A DNA stretch of 64,000 nucleotides, from positions 32,971-96,970 of the forward strand of contig NW_021834662.1 of NCBI RefSeq assembly GCF_006345805.1, written 5' to 3'. The notes under the pieces were generated by a model. It did not search any database. It was not told the origin of the DNA and was given only the letters and a program-made list of their open reading frames with translations. This DNA is from Octopus sinensis. Lineage: Eukaryota. Shown here in pieces: positions 1 to 13,280 of this stretch. How positions within the stretch are numbered: position 1 is the stretch's first letter; each line of letters begins with the position of its first letter. The translations under genes were made by a program, and so were the position numbers.

Positions 1-37
1 CTCTAACGACCATGCCAATTAGTCGCTTACGCACAGG

Positions 38-126
38 CACACACACACACGCGCACACACACACACGCGCGCACACAACACACACACACACACACACCAC
101 ACACACACACACGCACACACACACAA

Positions 127-157
<31 letters not shown>

Positions 158-172
158 AAAACACACAAACAC

Positions 173-229
<57 letters not shown>

Positions 230-247
230 TACACATACACACACACA
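38..247. repeat. (CA)n microsatellite, representative of the many (TA)n, (CA)n, (TATC)n and (TACA)n tracts in the window
   Basis: Direct dinucleotide repeat. Such tracts account for most of the HT/VC/IY/YLSI low-complexity ORFs in the track. Confidence 0.95.
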
Positions 248-743
248 TTAGGCTATATGGAAACGTATCATTTGCATATATTTATATGATTGCATTTATT
301 CACGTATATATGCGTATGTAAACATCCCTACATAAAAACATCACACACACATATTTGTGTGTGTGTTTTGAGTGTCTGTGTTGGGAAGTATATATGCACA
401 CATATACGCATGTACATATATGTAGACAGATAGCTAGGTGATAGCTTTTTGTATTGCTCCAAGCATTTAGATATTCGGTTCAACAAGCTGTTACTCAACG
501 CAGATCTTGTGCGCACGCGCGTGGCCACGTGTTCTTAATCCAACTAGCATAGGATATTTGTTTCATACACACATGCGTACACCCTCTTACAAATGCTGAC
601 TGTCATAACCAACACACACACCCGCACGCACACACACAATCCCGTAAATAAACCAACAGACGCATGCGCGTATTACACTCACATTTTATATACATACATG
701 TATACACACACACACACACACACATATATATATGCATATATAA

Positions 744-805
<62 letters not shown>

Positions 806-851
806 ATTCTATATTATATATATATATATATATATACACCACACACACATA

Positions 852-2130
852 CAAGGGTTGGACAAAATAATGGAAACACCTAACATCATAGCATCGTAAT
901 TGTGAAATTTTTACTAAACTGTCAAAAGATAATTTATTTTTATGTTTTTTTGTTATTTATTATTAGTGTTACTTAATATGTTTTGCTAAAATTGCTGTTT
1001 CTTTTCAGATATCATCAGAAAAAGTTAATTAAAATTCATTGAAATGACAGATCTATCGAACTTTCAAAGAGGTCATATTGTTGGTGCTCGTATGGCAGGT
1101 GATAGCGTAACCAAAACAGCCGAAATGTTTGGTGTATCAATAAGTACTGTCTCGAAAGTAATGGCAGCCTTTGAGAAAGAGGGAAAAACCTCCTCGTCGA
1201 AACAACACTCCAGAAGAAACCCAAAACTTTCAGATAGGGACCGTCGGACTCTTACACGAATTGTTAGAAAGGATCACAAAACTACACCACCGATCACAAA
1301 ACTACACTACAGAGCTTAATGTCCACCTCGAGAACCCAGTTTCCACAGAAACTGTTCGCCGGGATCTACACAAAGCCAGATTTCACGGGAGGGTCGCAAT
1401 CAGAAAATCACTACTTTAAAAAACAAGCGTTGCAAAGCGTTTAGAGTGGAGTAAAAACCTACCGAATTCGTCCCTAGAGCAGTGGAAGAATGTTATTTTT
1501 TCTCGGGCGAGTCATCCCTTACCTTATTTCCGACCACTAGCTGTGTATACGTGTATACGCATTTGACCCAGACTGCCTTCTTGCAACTGTTAAACATGGA
1601 AGGGGATCTGTGATGTTCTGGGGTGGGGGGAGCTGTATCTTGGAAATCCTCCGGCCCAATGGTTTCCCTTCATGGCAGAATTAATAGTTAAGACTATTTA
1701 GGCATTTTATCTGATCAAATTCATCCTATATTTGCGGAACTGTTTCTGGAGGGAAACACAATCTTTCAGGATGATAATGCACCAATAAACTCAGCTTAAG
1801 TTGTTACTGAATGGCACGAGGAACATTCTAGTGAAGTTGAACATCTTATCTGGGCACCAGAGTCCCCAGATCTCAATATTATTGAACATTTATGGTGCAT
1901 TTTAGAAAAGCAAGTAATGAGTTGATATCCTCCACCATCATCACCACAAGAACTGGAGACTGTTTTAGCTAAAGAATGCACAAAAATTCCTTTGGGAACA
2001 ATTCAAACTTTCTACGAGTCCATACCTCGCAGAATCCACGCTGTAATTACTGAAAAAGGCGGCATTACTCTATATTAAAATAAATTTGTTTGAAATCTTA
2101 AGGTGTTTCCATTATTCTGTCCAACCTCTG
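852..2130 (+). mobile_element. Tc1-like DNA transposon, full length, with frameshifted transposase pseudogene
   Basis: 30-bp TIRs at 852-881 (caagggttggacaaaataatggaaacacct) and 2101-2130, flanked by TA on both sides. ORF 1044 has a Tc1 HTH start (MTDLSNFQRGHIVGARMAG). Downstream sequence reads FQDDNAP and WAPESPDLNIIEHLW. Confidence 0.93.
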
Positions 2131-2139
2131 TATATATAT

Positions 2140-2174
<35 letters not shown>

Positions 2175-2207
2175 TAATATATATATATATATATGTATAT
2201 ATATTAC

Positions 2208-2284
<77 letters not shown>

Positions 2285-2310
2285 TAATATTATATATATA
2301 ATTATATATG

Positions 2311-2344
<34 letters not shown>

Positions 2345-2516
2345 AAATAAGAAAATGGAGGAATAGAATTCTTTCAATCATCAACTACCAGATAATACCA
2401 ATTCATATAATTTATTAACTATTATTTAGATTAAATAGGAACATCCAATTCCACAGAATAATACAGAATAAAACAATAAGTAAGATAATACCATAAGAAT
2501 ACTACATATAAAATGG

Positions 2517-2644
2517 ATCTTACAGCTGTTTCAGCCTATAGATAAGAGTATTTCATTATGCCCATATTAGTCAGATGTATTGAGGTAATATGCAGTTAAA
2601 AATGAGTTACTTATATATATATATCTCAAGGCCTCGTCAGAGAT
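2517..2644 (-). ncRNA. Type I hammerhead ribozyme with ~90-nt loop II
   Basis: Minus strand reads atct CTGACGA ggcct ... aggct GAAA cagctg TA agat. Confidence 0.75.
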
Positions 2645-4014
2645 TATAAAGTACAATTATAAAGATATAAAATGAAGATATAAAATGCAAATATGAATAT
2701 TAAAGAAGGTACACATATACAAGAATATGCATATATACATATAAGTGTATATACCCCTACATATACATATATATAAGTATATACATAATAATATACATAC
2801 ACATAAGGTTACAGTTAATCAGATCTATATACTGGAATATACATATATGTATATCCACATCAAATTGTACATATACAAAGTCCAAAGTTCATTGTATTAC
2901 ATTACTAAAAACTATTATTATTATCATTAATAATACCAATAAAGGAATATGTGCATTCTGCTATTCACAATACATAGTAGATGGAAAATACCACATAAAA
3001 TACATCATAATATAATACAGTGTAACACGCCAGTAAATTAATTAATTCAATATAATAAAATAATGCAAAACAATATACAATGTCACAATATACAATGTCA
3101 CAATATACAATGTCATTATATTCATATGTTATACAGCGAAAATCGAAACTTTAGTCTAAATATACATACATATATATACACACAGGTACCAAATACATGC
3201 ACATATGCATGTACATACATACAGTTCGCATATCAATAGGTGAGTGATAGGTCTTAACAGGCTGATAGATTATTTACAATCTAAAGCTCAATTCAATTGG
3301 TTGGCACATTTGAATTTCATTGTCTTAGTTACGGTTGGTTGGTTAAAATACACATACGTACATACATTAACATATGCGCACATACACACGTACACATAGA
3401 TAAACATAAGCACATAAATACACACTTACATACATACGTATATATCAATATACATACATATATACACATATACACATACCTAAAAACACCCACTTACATA
3501 TATATGTATATATATACATACACATACATACTAATAACTAAAAAATAGTATTATAAACCATTAAAGTGAAATCTATGCTAATTCTTTATACGTAGAAAAA
3601 GGCCTGAAAGGGTAATTCCTAATGTATAAAAAAATAGCCTAAAAGGGTAGAAAACGTTAGAATTAAGATATTCAGACAAAGCTTTCTACGGAAATAGAAA
3701 CTAAGCAAACGTATTTGACAACATTTAAGGTATAGAAAGAGGAAGTGATTTACGGAAGATACAGAAATCAAAATTCACCGTTTAAATAAACCGTTACAGT
3801 AATGCGAATCCAAACTTTCAGCTTTATCGCTCCATTCAAACTCGCTGTAAAAGTTAAGTTGTATAAAATACCGTAATAAAAACAATATATTAAGTATCTG
3901 ACCATATATCAATATCTACTAGTTTGAGTTTATCATAGTTGAAGTAATAGAGATCGATATACCGTTTTAATGTTACTCAAACATATCTTAATATCTTTAT
4001 AATTGTACTTTATA

Positions 4015-4142
4015 ATCTCTGACGAGGCCTTGAGATATATATATATAAGTAACTCATTTTTAACTGCATATTACCTCAAAACATCTGACTAATATGGGCC
4101 TAATGAGATACTCTTATCTACAGGCTGAAACAGCTGTAAGAC
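4015..4142 (+). ncRNA. Type I hammerhead ribozyme, mirror copy of 2517-2644
   Basis: tct CTGACGA ggcct ... aggct GAAA cagctg TA aga. Confidence 0.7.
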
Positions 4143-4550
4143 CCATTTTATATGTATTGTTCTTATGGTATTATCTTACTTATTGATGTATATTGTTTTA
4201 TTCTGTATTATTCTGTTGGGTTTGGATGTTCCTATTTAATCTAAATAATTATTTAATAAATTATATGAATTGGTTTTTATGTGGTAGTTGATGATTGAAA
4301 GAAATCTATTCCCCCATTTTCTTATTTTGTATTATGAATTTGAGGTAAAACATTTTACCTTCGCCCATATAATACAATAAATGAATTAATTGCATTGCAA
4401 TTTTTAGCATTTATGCATTAGCATTTCTGGGTACTTTACCGGCAGTATATTGGATAAATGATATCCCATAGTGGGTTACACCCATAACCCCTATCTCACT
4501 TTGTACTTATATATATATATATATAAAACAATACATATATATATATATAT

Positions 4551-5441
4551 AAAATTAATTAAGGGTAGAAATTGATATTTATCAATTAAGACCAGTGGTC
4601 TAGCATATTAAAAAAGAATCCGAAGATTAAAATATTTATATATACCAATTAAGGACTGAACACGAAAAGTGGACAGTCAACATGCTAGATATAGACGTCA
4701 AATCGCCATTCACCACAAAAGATTATGTTCTCAGATCAAACTCAACACAAAACCATAGCAATAAACAAGTGAAAAATATACGAAATAAAATAATTACCCA
4801 TGTACTAAATTAGTTTCAGCTGTTATTTTCTGTTGTGTTGAGTTTGATCTGAGAACATAATCTTTTGTGGTGAATGGCGATTTGACGTCTATATCTAGCA
4901 TGTTGACTGTCCACTTTTCGTGTTCAGTCCTAATTGGTATATATAAATATTTTAATCTTCGGATTTTTTTAATATGCTAGACCACTGGTCTTAATTGATA
5001 AATATCAATTTCTACCCTTAATTAATTTTATATAATATAAATATGTTCTCTAACCGATAAATTAACTGCTGCTAATTATTAGCTGCAGGCTAGTTTTCTC
5101 GGGTTCCAACGCGCCAAAGTAAAGGCATTTGAAGATATATTCAAATGTATAGGCTGAACTCCATGCACGCGATATTTCGGTATCGTGTTTGCATCTAGTC
5201 CAGCAATTACATTTATAACGGACCATGCTGATGATGGCTGCAGTTTTCCTTGCGGAAAATAACAGCTGAAACTAATTTAGTACATGGGTAATTATTTTAT
5301 TTCGTATATTTTTCACTTGTTTATTGCTATGGTTTTGTGTTGAGTTTGATCTGAGAACATAATCTTTTGTGGTGAATGGCGATTTGACGTCTATATCTAG
5401 CATGTTGACTGTCCACTTTTCGTGTTCAGTCCTTAATTGGT
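4551..5441. mobile_element. Penelope-like/retrozyme-type element: inverted arm followed by a partial tandem copy
   Basis: 4551-4830 is reverse-complemented in part at 4835-5030 and again at 5255-5441. Flanked by TA tracts. A related family occurs at about 47780-48330. Confidence 0.7.
5223..5287 (+). ncRNA. Type I hammerhead ribozyme
   Basis: ccatg CTGATGA t ggctg ... cagct GAAA ctaatttag TA catgg. Stem I is 5 bp and the cleavage triplet is GUA. Confidence 0.78.
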
Positions 5442-5512
5442 ATATATATATATATAGGGAGATGTACTCGCATAGCAAGTGATTTGATCTGAGATCGTGT
5501 GCTGGAACGAAA

Positions 5513-5805
5513 ACAATTGCAGCGTGGAAGGTGTTTGTAAGCCATTTAAGAAACACACAAAAGCCGCTCGATTCACTTCAACATTTAAGTTTAATTTGTC
5601 AAAATATTTTCGTCGCTATAAGACCGCGACCTGTTCACTGACAAAAATCCGTGCTGCATCTCGTGCAGCACGGATTTTTGTCAGTGAACAGGTCGCGGTC
5701 TTATAGCGACGAAAAATATTTTGACAAATTAAACTTAAATGTTGAAGTGAATCGAACGGCTTTTGTGTGTTTCTTAAATGGCTTACAAACACCTTCCACG
5801 CTGCA

Positions 5806-5810
<5 letters not shown>
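5513..5810. repeat. Near-perfect ~300-bp palindrome (arms ~146 bp, 5-nt spacer)
   Basis: 5513-5658 pairs with 5664-5810 with only about 2-3 differences. Confidence 0.92.
5596..5644 (-). ncRNA. Minimal hammerhead ribozyme variant with G3-C8 core
   Basis: Minus strand reads ttgtca GTGAACA g gtcgc ggtcttata gcgac GAAA atat TT tgacaa. The mirror copy at 5678-5727 (+) has one extra A. Confidence 0.65.
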
Positions 5811-5897
<87 letters not shown>

Positions 5898-7147
5898 GTA
5901 TTGTTATATATATATGTCTATGCATAAATACATATATGCATGTACATACATATCTACTTATCTACACACGGACACAAACGCACATACAGACATATTTGTG
6001 TGTGCGTGTGTGTATGTATATATGTACTATTTGTGCGTGTGTGTGTATGCTTGTATGTATATATATATATATACTATGTATTTATGTACATGTACATATG
6101 CACGCATATGTACTGAGCAATAAGTTGCGATGCTCAGCACATGTAGTACATTATGACCACATGAGAGCTCCCTCCTGTTCCTCCCTCCCCGCCAACAACA
6201 TCAAGAGTTATGGATCCATCGAAATTATAAAACAATATGTGCGTGAGTTTGTGTCTGCATGTGTACGTGTACTTTTAATGTTATTCTCCGACAGAATCAA
6301 TATGACATAAGGTAACAGGCTGTACCTAAGAGTCACAGGTGTAATCCACTCGATGAGCTTCAGTACAGTTTCCCTCGGCCCACTTTTAGTCAGACGCTAT
6401 GAATCCAACTGAGCCTTTAGAAAGTGACATTTATCCAATGCGTCATGTAGTTTAAATCGATCACTTGACCATGTGTTTGAGAAGGAAACTTATTTCTACA
6501 CTACAGCTATACACATCCACACACACACATACACACACACACGCACACACACACAGAAACACATACCCGCACACACATACACACACACAGAAACACATAC
6601 CCGCACACACATATAAATATAAATATATATATGTCTACTACATATGTAGGAAATTCTATCTGTGAGTGTTTTTGTGGAGTTGTTAGCTAACTCCTCCAAC
6701 ATCGTTTGATGAAACTTGACACGTGAATAGAACTCATATCTGGATACCTCATGGCATACTCAGATTGTTGGGAAAGTCGATAATAGGGCCCCTGGTAGGC
6801 CTCGTTATATATATATTTCATTTTAAAAGTCAAGGTAAATAACCCATTCATTTTCCTAAATTATTTGGTATAAATCAAATTGAGTATGCTTATTTCTTAG
6901 TATCTGAACTGTTAAAGTTATATACATATAACAGTGGGACTGAACCCTGAACTATATGGATGTTAAGCAAGCTACTTACCACACAGCACTTCTATTATTA
7001 TATATAATATAAATATATATATATATATATATATAGATATCTATATATATATATATATATATATAATATAATATAAATACATATATATATATACACCACT
7101 ATATATATAATAAACACATATATTATATAATAAATATATTATATATA

Positions 7148-10100
7148 GATTGTACAAAAGATTGTACAGCAGCTAACCTGGCTCCATCAAACTCAAACTC
7201 GCAGATGGGACTATCCACAATACACAAGACCACCACAGCAAATAGACCCAAGGTGGACACCGCCGGCAACAGCATACACCTCACCTCGATGCTCCTACTG
7301 AACATCAGAGGACTGCTAACACTCAGTAACAGGACAAAAATCCCGTTCTTGAGAGACTTTGTTGCATGCAATCAAGCCTTATGCATAGCACTTACGGAAA
7401 CACACCTGAAACCGGACATAGCAGATGCGAAATTACACATACCACAGTATGTTGTACTACGAACTGACAGAAAAGAAAGGAGTCATGGAGGAGTTGCTAT
7501 GTACATCCGTGAGGACCTCACACCCCAGGTTCTTTTGTCATACTCAAACTCGATGTGTGACACACTAATTGTACACATAAGGCAACTTGGTGTAGTTGTG
7601 TGTGCTACATATCGTCCTTCAGATGCTCCAAGCTATGTGGGCAAGTTTGAAGACTGCCTTATAAAAATAGAAGAAGTTCTAGTCACATTAGAACAACACA
7701 TAAGTGTACTTCTTATGGGAGACTTCAATCTACCCAACGTCAGATGGCCCGAGGGCCTTTCTCTCCCATGAATGACACGATGTGAACGAGGACAGGCGAG
7801 GTCCCTCCTGAACCTCATTAACACCCTGTACATGGAGCAAGTAATACTCCAACCAACCAGGGCAGGTAACATACTGGATCTCTGCTTCACAAATAATATG
7901 GATCTCATCCATAATGGGAAAGTGACACCGACACTACTCTCGGATCACAACATGGTAGAGCTGACCATGTACGGGCCAAAGGAAAGCATGGACATGCAGC
8001 CTACAAAAAACTCTCAGAATCTTTCCAGCTTGAACTTCCATAAGGCAACCTGGAAACAGATTGAGAAAGAGATCCTCAAACAAAACTGGCCTGAATGTCT
8101 CTCCTCGCCAGACATCGACATGAAACTTCAACAATTCACGTCTGTAATGCAAGCCATATGCTACAAATGTGTCCCAGAGAGAAAGGCCAGTGTACACAAG
8201 AACAAAATCCCCAGAGAGAGGAAAATTTTAATGAGACGACGTACAAATGTTTCAAATCGCCTAAACAAACAAATTGAAAGCAGTGAAAAGTCCCGCCTGA
8301 ACATAAAACTGTTGGAAATTGAAAAATGTCTGCAACTCTCCCATGAAAAAGAAAGAGCAGACAAAGAAGCCTGGGCTATAGACAAAATAAAATCTAACCC
8401 AGAGCTTTCTACAGGTATGCCAAAGAAACAGCTACGGTGCACTGTAGGATAGGGCCACTCCTTGAAAAGGGTGGCACACTCACAGGAAATCCAATGAGGG
8501 TAAGTGAAATACTAAATGAGCAATTCAAGAGTGTTTTCACTCCACCACTTGGGCATTTCCAAATCAGCAATCCAACTGACTTCTTTACCACTGCAGATAT
8601 AAAATCAGAGGCAGCGATGATTGATTACATCAATATAAAGGAAGACGATGTAATAAAGGCTATAGATGAAATGAAAACAAACTCAGCTACTGGCCCCGAT
8701 GGATTCCCGGCAATCCTTCTAAAAGTATGTAAGAGAGTCCTAGCAAGACCACTGCAGTTCCTCTTTCAGAGCTTCCTTGCAACTGGCAAACTTCCAAGAA
8801 AACTGAAGGAAGATAAAATATGCCCTATTCATAAGGAGGTAGCAGAGCGGAGGCCAAGAACTACAGACCTATCTCTCTGACCTCACACATCAGCAAGGTC
8901 ATGGAACGAATAGTCAGAAGGAAACTAATCACCTTCCTTGAAGAAAATGACTTGCTGCCTGACCCCAACATGGTTTCCGACCAGAAGAAGTGCTTAACTC
9001 AGCTCCTACAACACTATGACTGGGTGCTGAAACGACTGCTCAACCACTCAAATGTGGAAGTGATATATCTCGACTTTGCAAAGGCCTTTGATAAAGTCGA
9101 TCATGGAATGATATGTCACAAACTGCGTGATCTTGGCATAGTTGGAAAATTGGGAGAATGGCTTCATGACTTTCTGAAGGATAGAAGTCAGGTGGTAGTA
9201 GCTAATGGGGCCACTTCCATTAACACGCAAATAGTGAGCGGTGTTCCGCAGGGCACTGTTTTGGGACCACTACTGTTCATAATGGCCCCCTCAGACATGC
9301 CCTCAGCCACGCAGAGAGCCACGATCACAAGTTATGCAGATGATACAAAAGTTTCACAGGCAATACAGAACCCTGAAGACACTAAGCACCTGCAATGTGA
9401 GCTGAACAAAATATACAAGTGGGCTGAAAAGAATAGCATGCAGTTCAATGCTGAAAAGTTTCAAGCTTTATGCTATCAGCATGCAAAACTAAATGCAATA
9501 CCCAATGAATACACTGGACCCGGAGGGATTGCAATCCCAGAGGCACAATCAGTGCGTGACCTGGGTATTTACATGAGTGATGACGCAACCTTTCATGTAC
9601 ATGTTGCTAAATTGGCAATGAAATGTAGACGGCTGGCCGGATGGATTCTTAGAACCTTTAGAACAAGAGACCAAGAAACCATGATGGTCCTCTGGAGGAC
9701 ACTTGTCCTAAGCCACTTTGACTATTGCTCTCAGCTATGGTCACCATCCAGTGTAAAGTTGATCACAGAACTTGAGGCGATCCAACGAAGCTACACGAAG
9801 CCTCTGTGCAGCATATAAGCTACTGGGAAAGACTCAAGAGATTAAAACTCTATTCCTTGGAGCGTAGGCGAGAAAGATATGCCATAATATACATCTGGAA
9901 GATCCTGGAAGGACTTGTCCCAAACTTTGGCATCGAGAGTTACACAAATGCCAGAACTGGGCGCCACTGCGTCGTGCCAAGGACTCCAAATTTGCCATGC
10001 AGATGTAGAACAAGATACTGTGATAGCCTGGGCTTCAGAGGCTCACAGCTCTTCAATATCCTCCCGAAGAACCTGAGGGACCTGCATGGGGTGGATGCGG

Positions 10101-10320
10101 ATGTCTTTAAAGTAGGACTGGATCTCTTCCTGTCAGGTGTCCCGGATGAACCAACTTCACGGCAGGAGGTGCAGATGAGGGCAGCTGTATCGAACTCCCT
10201 CCTGCACCAAATGGCAGTTGCTAAAAAGCATTCGTGAAGTAAAATCATGCAGCAACACCAAATGGCGGTGCCCCCAGCAAGGCCACAGCTCGTGAGCTGA
10301 AACTAGATAAAATAAAAAAA
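7148..10320 (+). mobile_element. CR1-group LINE, near-complete ORF2 (AP endonuclease + reverse transcriptase), disrupted
   Basis: APE motifs LLNIRGL, ALTETHL, MGDFNLP, LSDHNMV. RT motifs YLDFAKAFDKVDH, SGVPQGTVLGPLLF, YADD. C-terminal LERRRER. In-frame stop at 7769-7771 and several frameshifts. A-rich 3' tail. Confidence 0.95.
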
Positions 10321-10884
10321 TAAATATATATATATATAATATATATATATATACATATAGTTATATGTACACCCACATCTATATACGCATATATACACAC
10401 ACACGCAGATGCATATGCGGATATTTATATGTATATACATGTTCGTATATGAGTGTTTTTATCGTGTCCTTTTTTATTAGATAAATTTCTCTATAATAAT
10501 AAATTATTGCTCACAAAGTATTACTGTTACGTTATTAAGCTCACTTTACCAAATCTTTTTGCATAAAAGAAATATTTTTTGTTATATATGCGAATTAATT
10601 ATAACATTAATTACAGTGTGTATGTGCGTCTCTGTGTGTGGATACATGTATATACATACACAGAAACCTCTGTGTGTGTGCGCGTGTGTGTGTATGTGTG
10701 TGTGTGGGCGCATATACGTGTGTGGTTTGATATATTTATGGATAAAAACATAATTGGAAGTGATTACAGTCGAAAAGACTTTACATGACTCTTGAGAAAT
10801 TATGTACACATATGCAAATACGAATATCAATATATATATATACATACATATATATATATATTATAATATATATATATTATATAT

Positions 10885-10936
<52 letters not shown>

Positions 10937-10981
10937 CATATATATGTATATATAGTGTATATATATATATACACACATATA

Positions 10982-11025
<44 letters not shown>

Positions 11026-11420
11026 AGTGTGCGCGCGTGTGTGCGACGAAAAAGGGATTTTGGGAAAGGGGATACGGACGTACATAAGCAACAGCGAAAC
11101 AAACCCACGCATAGGAGCCATACACGTGGACGAAATCACACAAAGACATAGACAAATGTAACGCGCATATACACACGCATGCGCGCGTGCGTACATGCCC
11201 AAAACGAAATGCAGAAATAAGTAATGGGAAGGAAAGAAAACCGGGTGAAGACAAAGGAAATCGGAAAAGTAGTTAAGGGAGGAGACGAGCAGCAGGTGGA
11301 GGTGGGGGAAGGGGAAATTGATGAGATCAAAAGTGAAAGGGGACACAATGACAGGTCATAGCTATTGCACCAACTGCAGCGTAGTGTATAACTACATACA
11401 TGCGCATATACATATATTAT

Positions 11421-11460
<40 letters not shown>

Positions 11461-11463
<3 letters not shown>

Positions 11464-11829
11464 TTTTCTATTCTAGGCTCATGACCCGAATTTTGGAGGA
11501 TGAGCAATCGATTAGAACGACCCCAGTACGCATCTGGTACTTAATTTATCGACCTCGGTGGAATCTGGACTCTGAAGCTAAAGGCAGACGAAATACCTAT
11601 TTCTTACTGTCCACAAGGGGCTAAACACGGAGAGGACAATCAAGGACAGATAAACAGATTAAGTCGATTATATCGACCCCAGTGCCTAACTGGTACTTAT
11701 TTAATCGAGCCCGAAAGGATGAAAGCCAAAGTCGACCTCGGCGATATTTGAACTCAGAACGTAATGACAAACGAAATACCGCTAAGCATTTCACCCGACG
11801 TGCTAACGTTTCTGCCAGCTCACCACCTT
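11461..11829 (-). mobile_element. tRNA-derived SINE, family A (long form with duplicated core)
   Basis: Head ggtgagctggcagaaacgttagcac and core ctttcatcctttcggg..cgattaaataagtaccag are shared with 17916-18140, 39926-40142, 49553-49758, 52351-52750, 53328-53557, 54423-54636 and about 60270-60460. Confidence 0.85.
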
Positions 11830-11862
<33 letters not shown>

Positions 11863-11864
<2 letters not shown>

Positions 11865-12080
11865 AAAATAGTAAAGAGTGAAAAAACGACAGAAGGCTTA
11901 AATGTTAAAAAATATATATATTTGCGTCAAAATGTCTGGAGAATATTGGAAAAATTTTTTTCGTTTCCTTAAAATGACATAATTTTATAATTTTTAAAGA
12001 AATACCGGTTTCGCAGTTAGCTCTTCAAATTTCTTGTGACTTAATGTTTATTTTTAATAACGTAATCCTTGTATTTTTGC
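11863..12080 (-). mobile_element. Penelope-like terminal fragment with a damaged minimal hammerhead (11999-12033)
   Basis: Same family as 38531-39055. Reads gaaat TTGAAGA gc taact gc GAAA ccgg T atttc, so the cleavage-site nucleotide is missing. Confidence 0.6.
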
Positions 12081-12129
12081 TACATATATATATATATATA
12101 TTATATATATACACACACATAATGACCTC

Positions 12130-13280
12130 TGTTCGAAGGTTATAATGGACACAGGTTCGTGTGTCACATAGCTAGCTAGAGGTCATGGCCTCTTGGAAGT
12201 AATCAACGGCAGCATTCGTCCTATTTTTCTGGACTGCCATGTTAGCTTGGCGATATCCAGTACCGCTGCCGTAGTCTCCTTTAGAGAGACTTAGAGTGGC
12301 TAGTGTTATCCACAAGTGCGCTAAGAGGAATCTGTCACTGTAAGGTTGGTCGGAGGCGGTAAATGCATGCATTATCTTTGATACTCTTTACCGTCTGTCA
12401 GTGATGCTTTCTCCCAAATACCGTTCAATCCAATTGGAGTGTGTGCTACTGAACGGGAATGTTTCCCAAGTCAAGTGGTTTATCTGCTGCTAAAACCCTT
12501 CGTATGGTGGGTTAGATATGCTCATGTTGCTGATATACAGATATGCGCCGAGGTTGCGCTAGGTGTTGAAATTCCTTGACGGTGATCGGTTGTGGGTACC
12601 GTTCATGAGGCTTGTCTTACTGCAGCACGCCTCATTGACGGAGCTACATTCCTGGGTGGAGAAAAAACAGGCACTGTGCACTTAGCACCTAGAATGCTGT
12701 CAGACGCTCACCACTTTATATCAGTTGAGCAACGAGACTGGTGCATCTTCCAGTCAAGAAATTTATGGGGGATTAATGGTAGTGAACATGACGACCTTCT
12801 CGGAGAAGCCTTGGATCTTGACGAAAAAGGTCTTATTAATCTGTTCCGGAGGACTTCTGAATTGGGAAATACTATGGAAATGAATTGGCAACGCAACCGT
12901 GGGGCTCTACTGAGTCGAGAAGAACTCGAAATAGAGGTTCCGTTGCTCAAAGCCGGTCCGAGAACCAAAGTTGTACTGCATACGATTATTTAATATTCGG
13001 ACATTGCTAATTTGTGGAGTTATGTCGAACAGTTGAATGGATCCAGCAATCAGTAAAATCCGTCGCGATAATTGTCTCACCGACCTCCGTAACGGGTTAG
13101 GTAAGATAGTTTTCTTCTGAGGACTATAACGAAAGATGTGTGGGGGGCGAGCCTGAAACGCCTCAGGATAGAGATTTTCCTCTTCGGCAGAACTTTTGTC
13201 GACTTTTCCAAGTTTTACCTGAAAAGGAAAGTAAGATTAGAGGGAGCGGTGATGTTTTCAAGTCAATCTAAGTTGTGAAG
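12130..13280 (+). pseudogene. Degenerate L1/Tx1-like LINE ORF2 3' fragment
   Basis: Around 12885-13035 the translation WQRNRGALLSREEL...VLHTII*YSDIANLWSYVEQL resembles the C-terminal zinc-finger region of L1/Tx1 ORF2. GC content is higher than the flanks. Boundaries uncertain. Confidence 0.5.

Larger units (their letters stand above)
2345..4509. mobile_element. Penelope-like/retrozyme-type non-autonomous element with ~330-bp inverted arms, each carrying a hammerhead motif
   Basis: 2345-2668 is an approximate reverse complement of 3991-4327. The element lies between (TA)n tracts and has no recognisable ORF. Confidence 0.7.

Noticed and set aside
12-251. HT/VC/IY/YLSI-rich ORFs here and throughout the ORF track
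   Set aside because: They are translations of microsatellites that lack stop codons.
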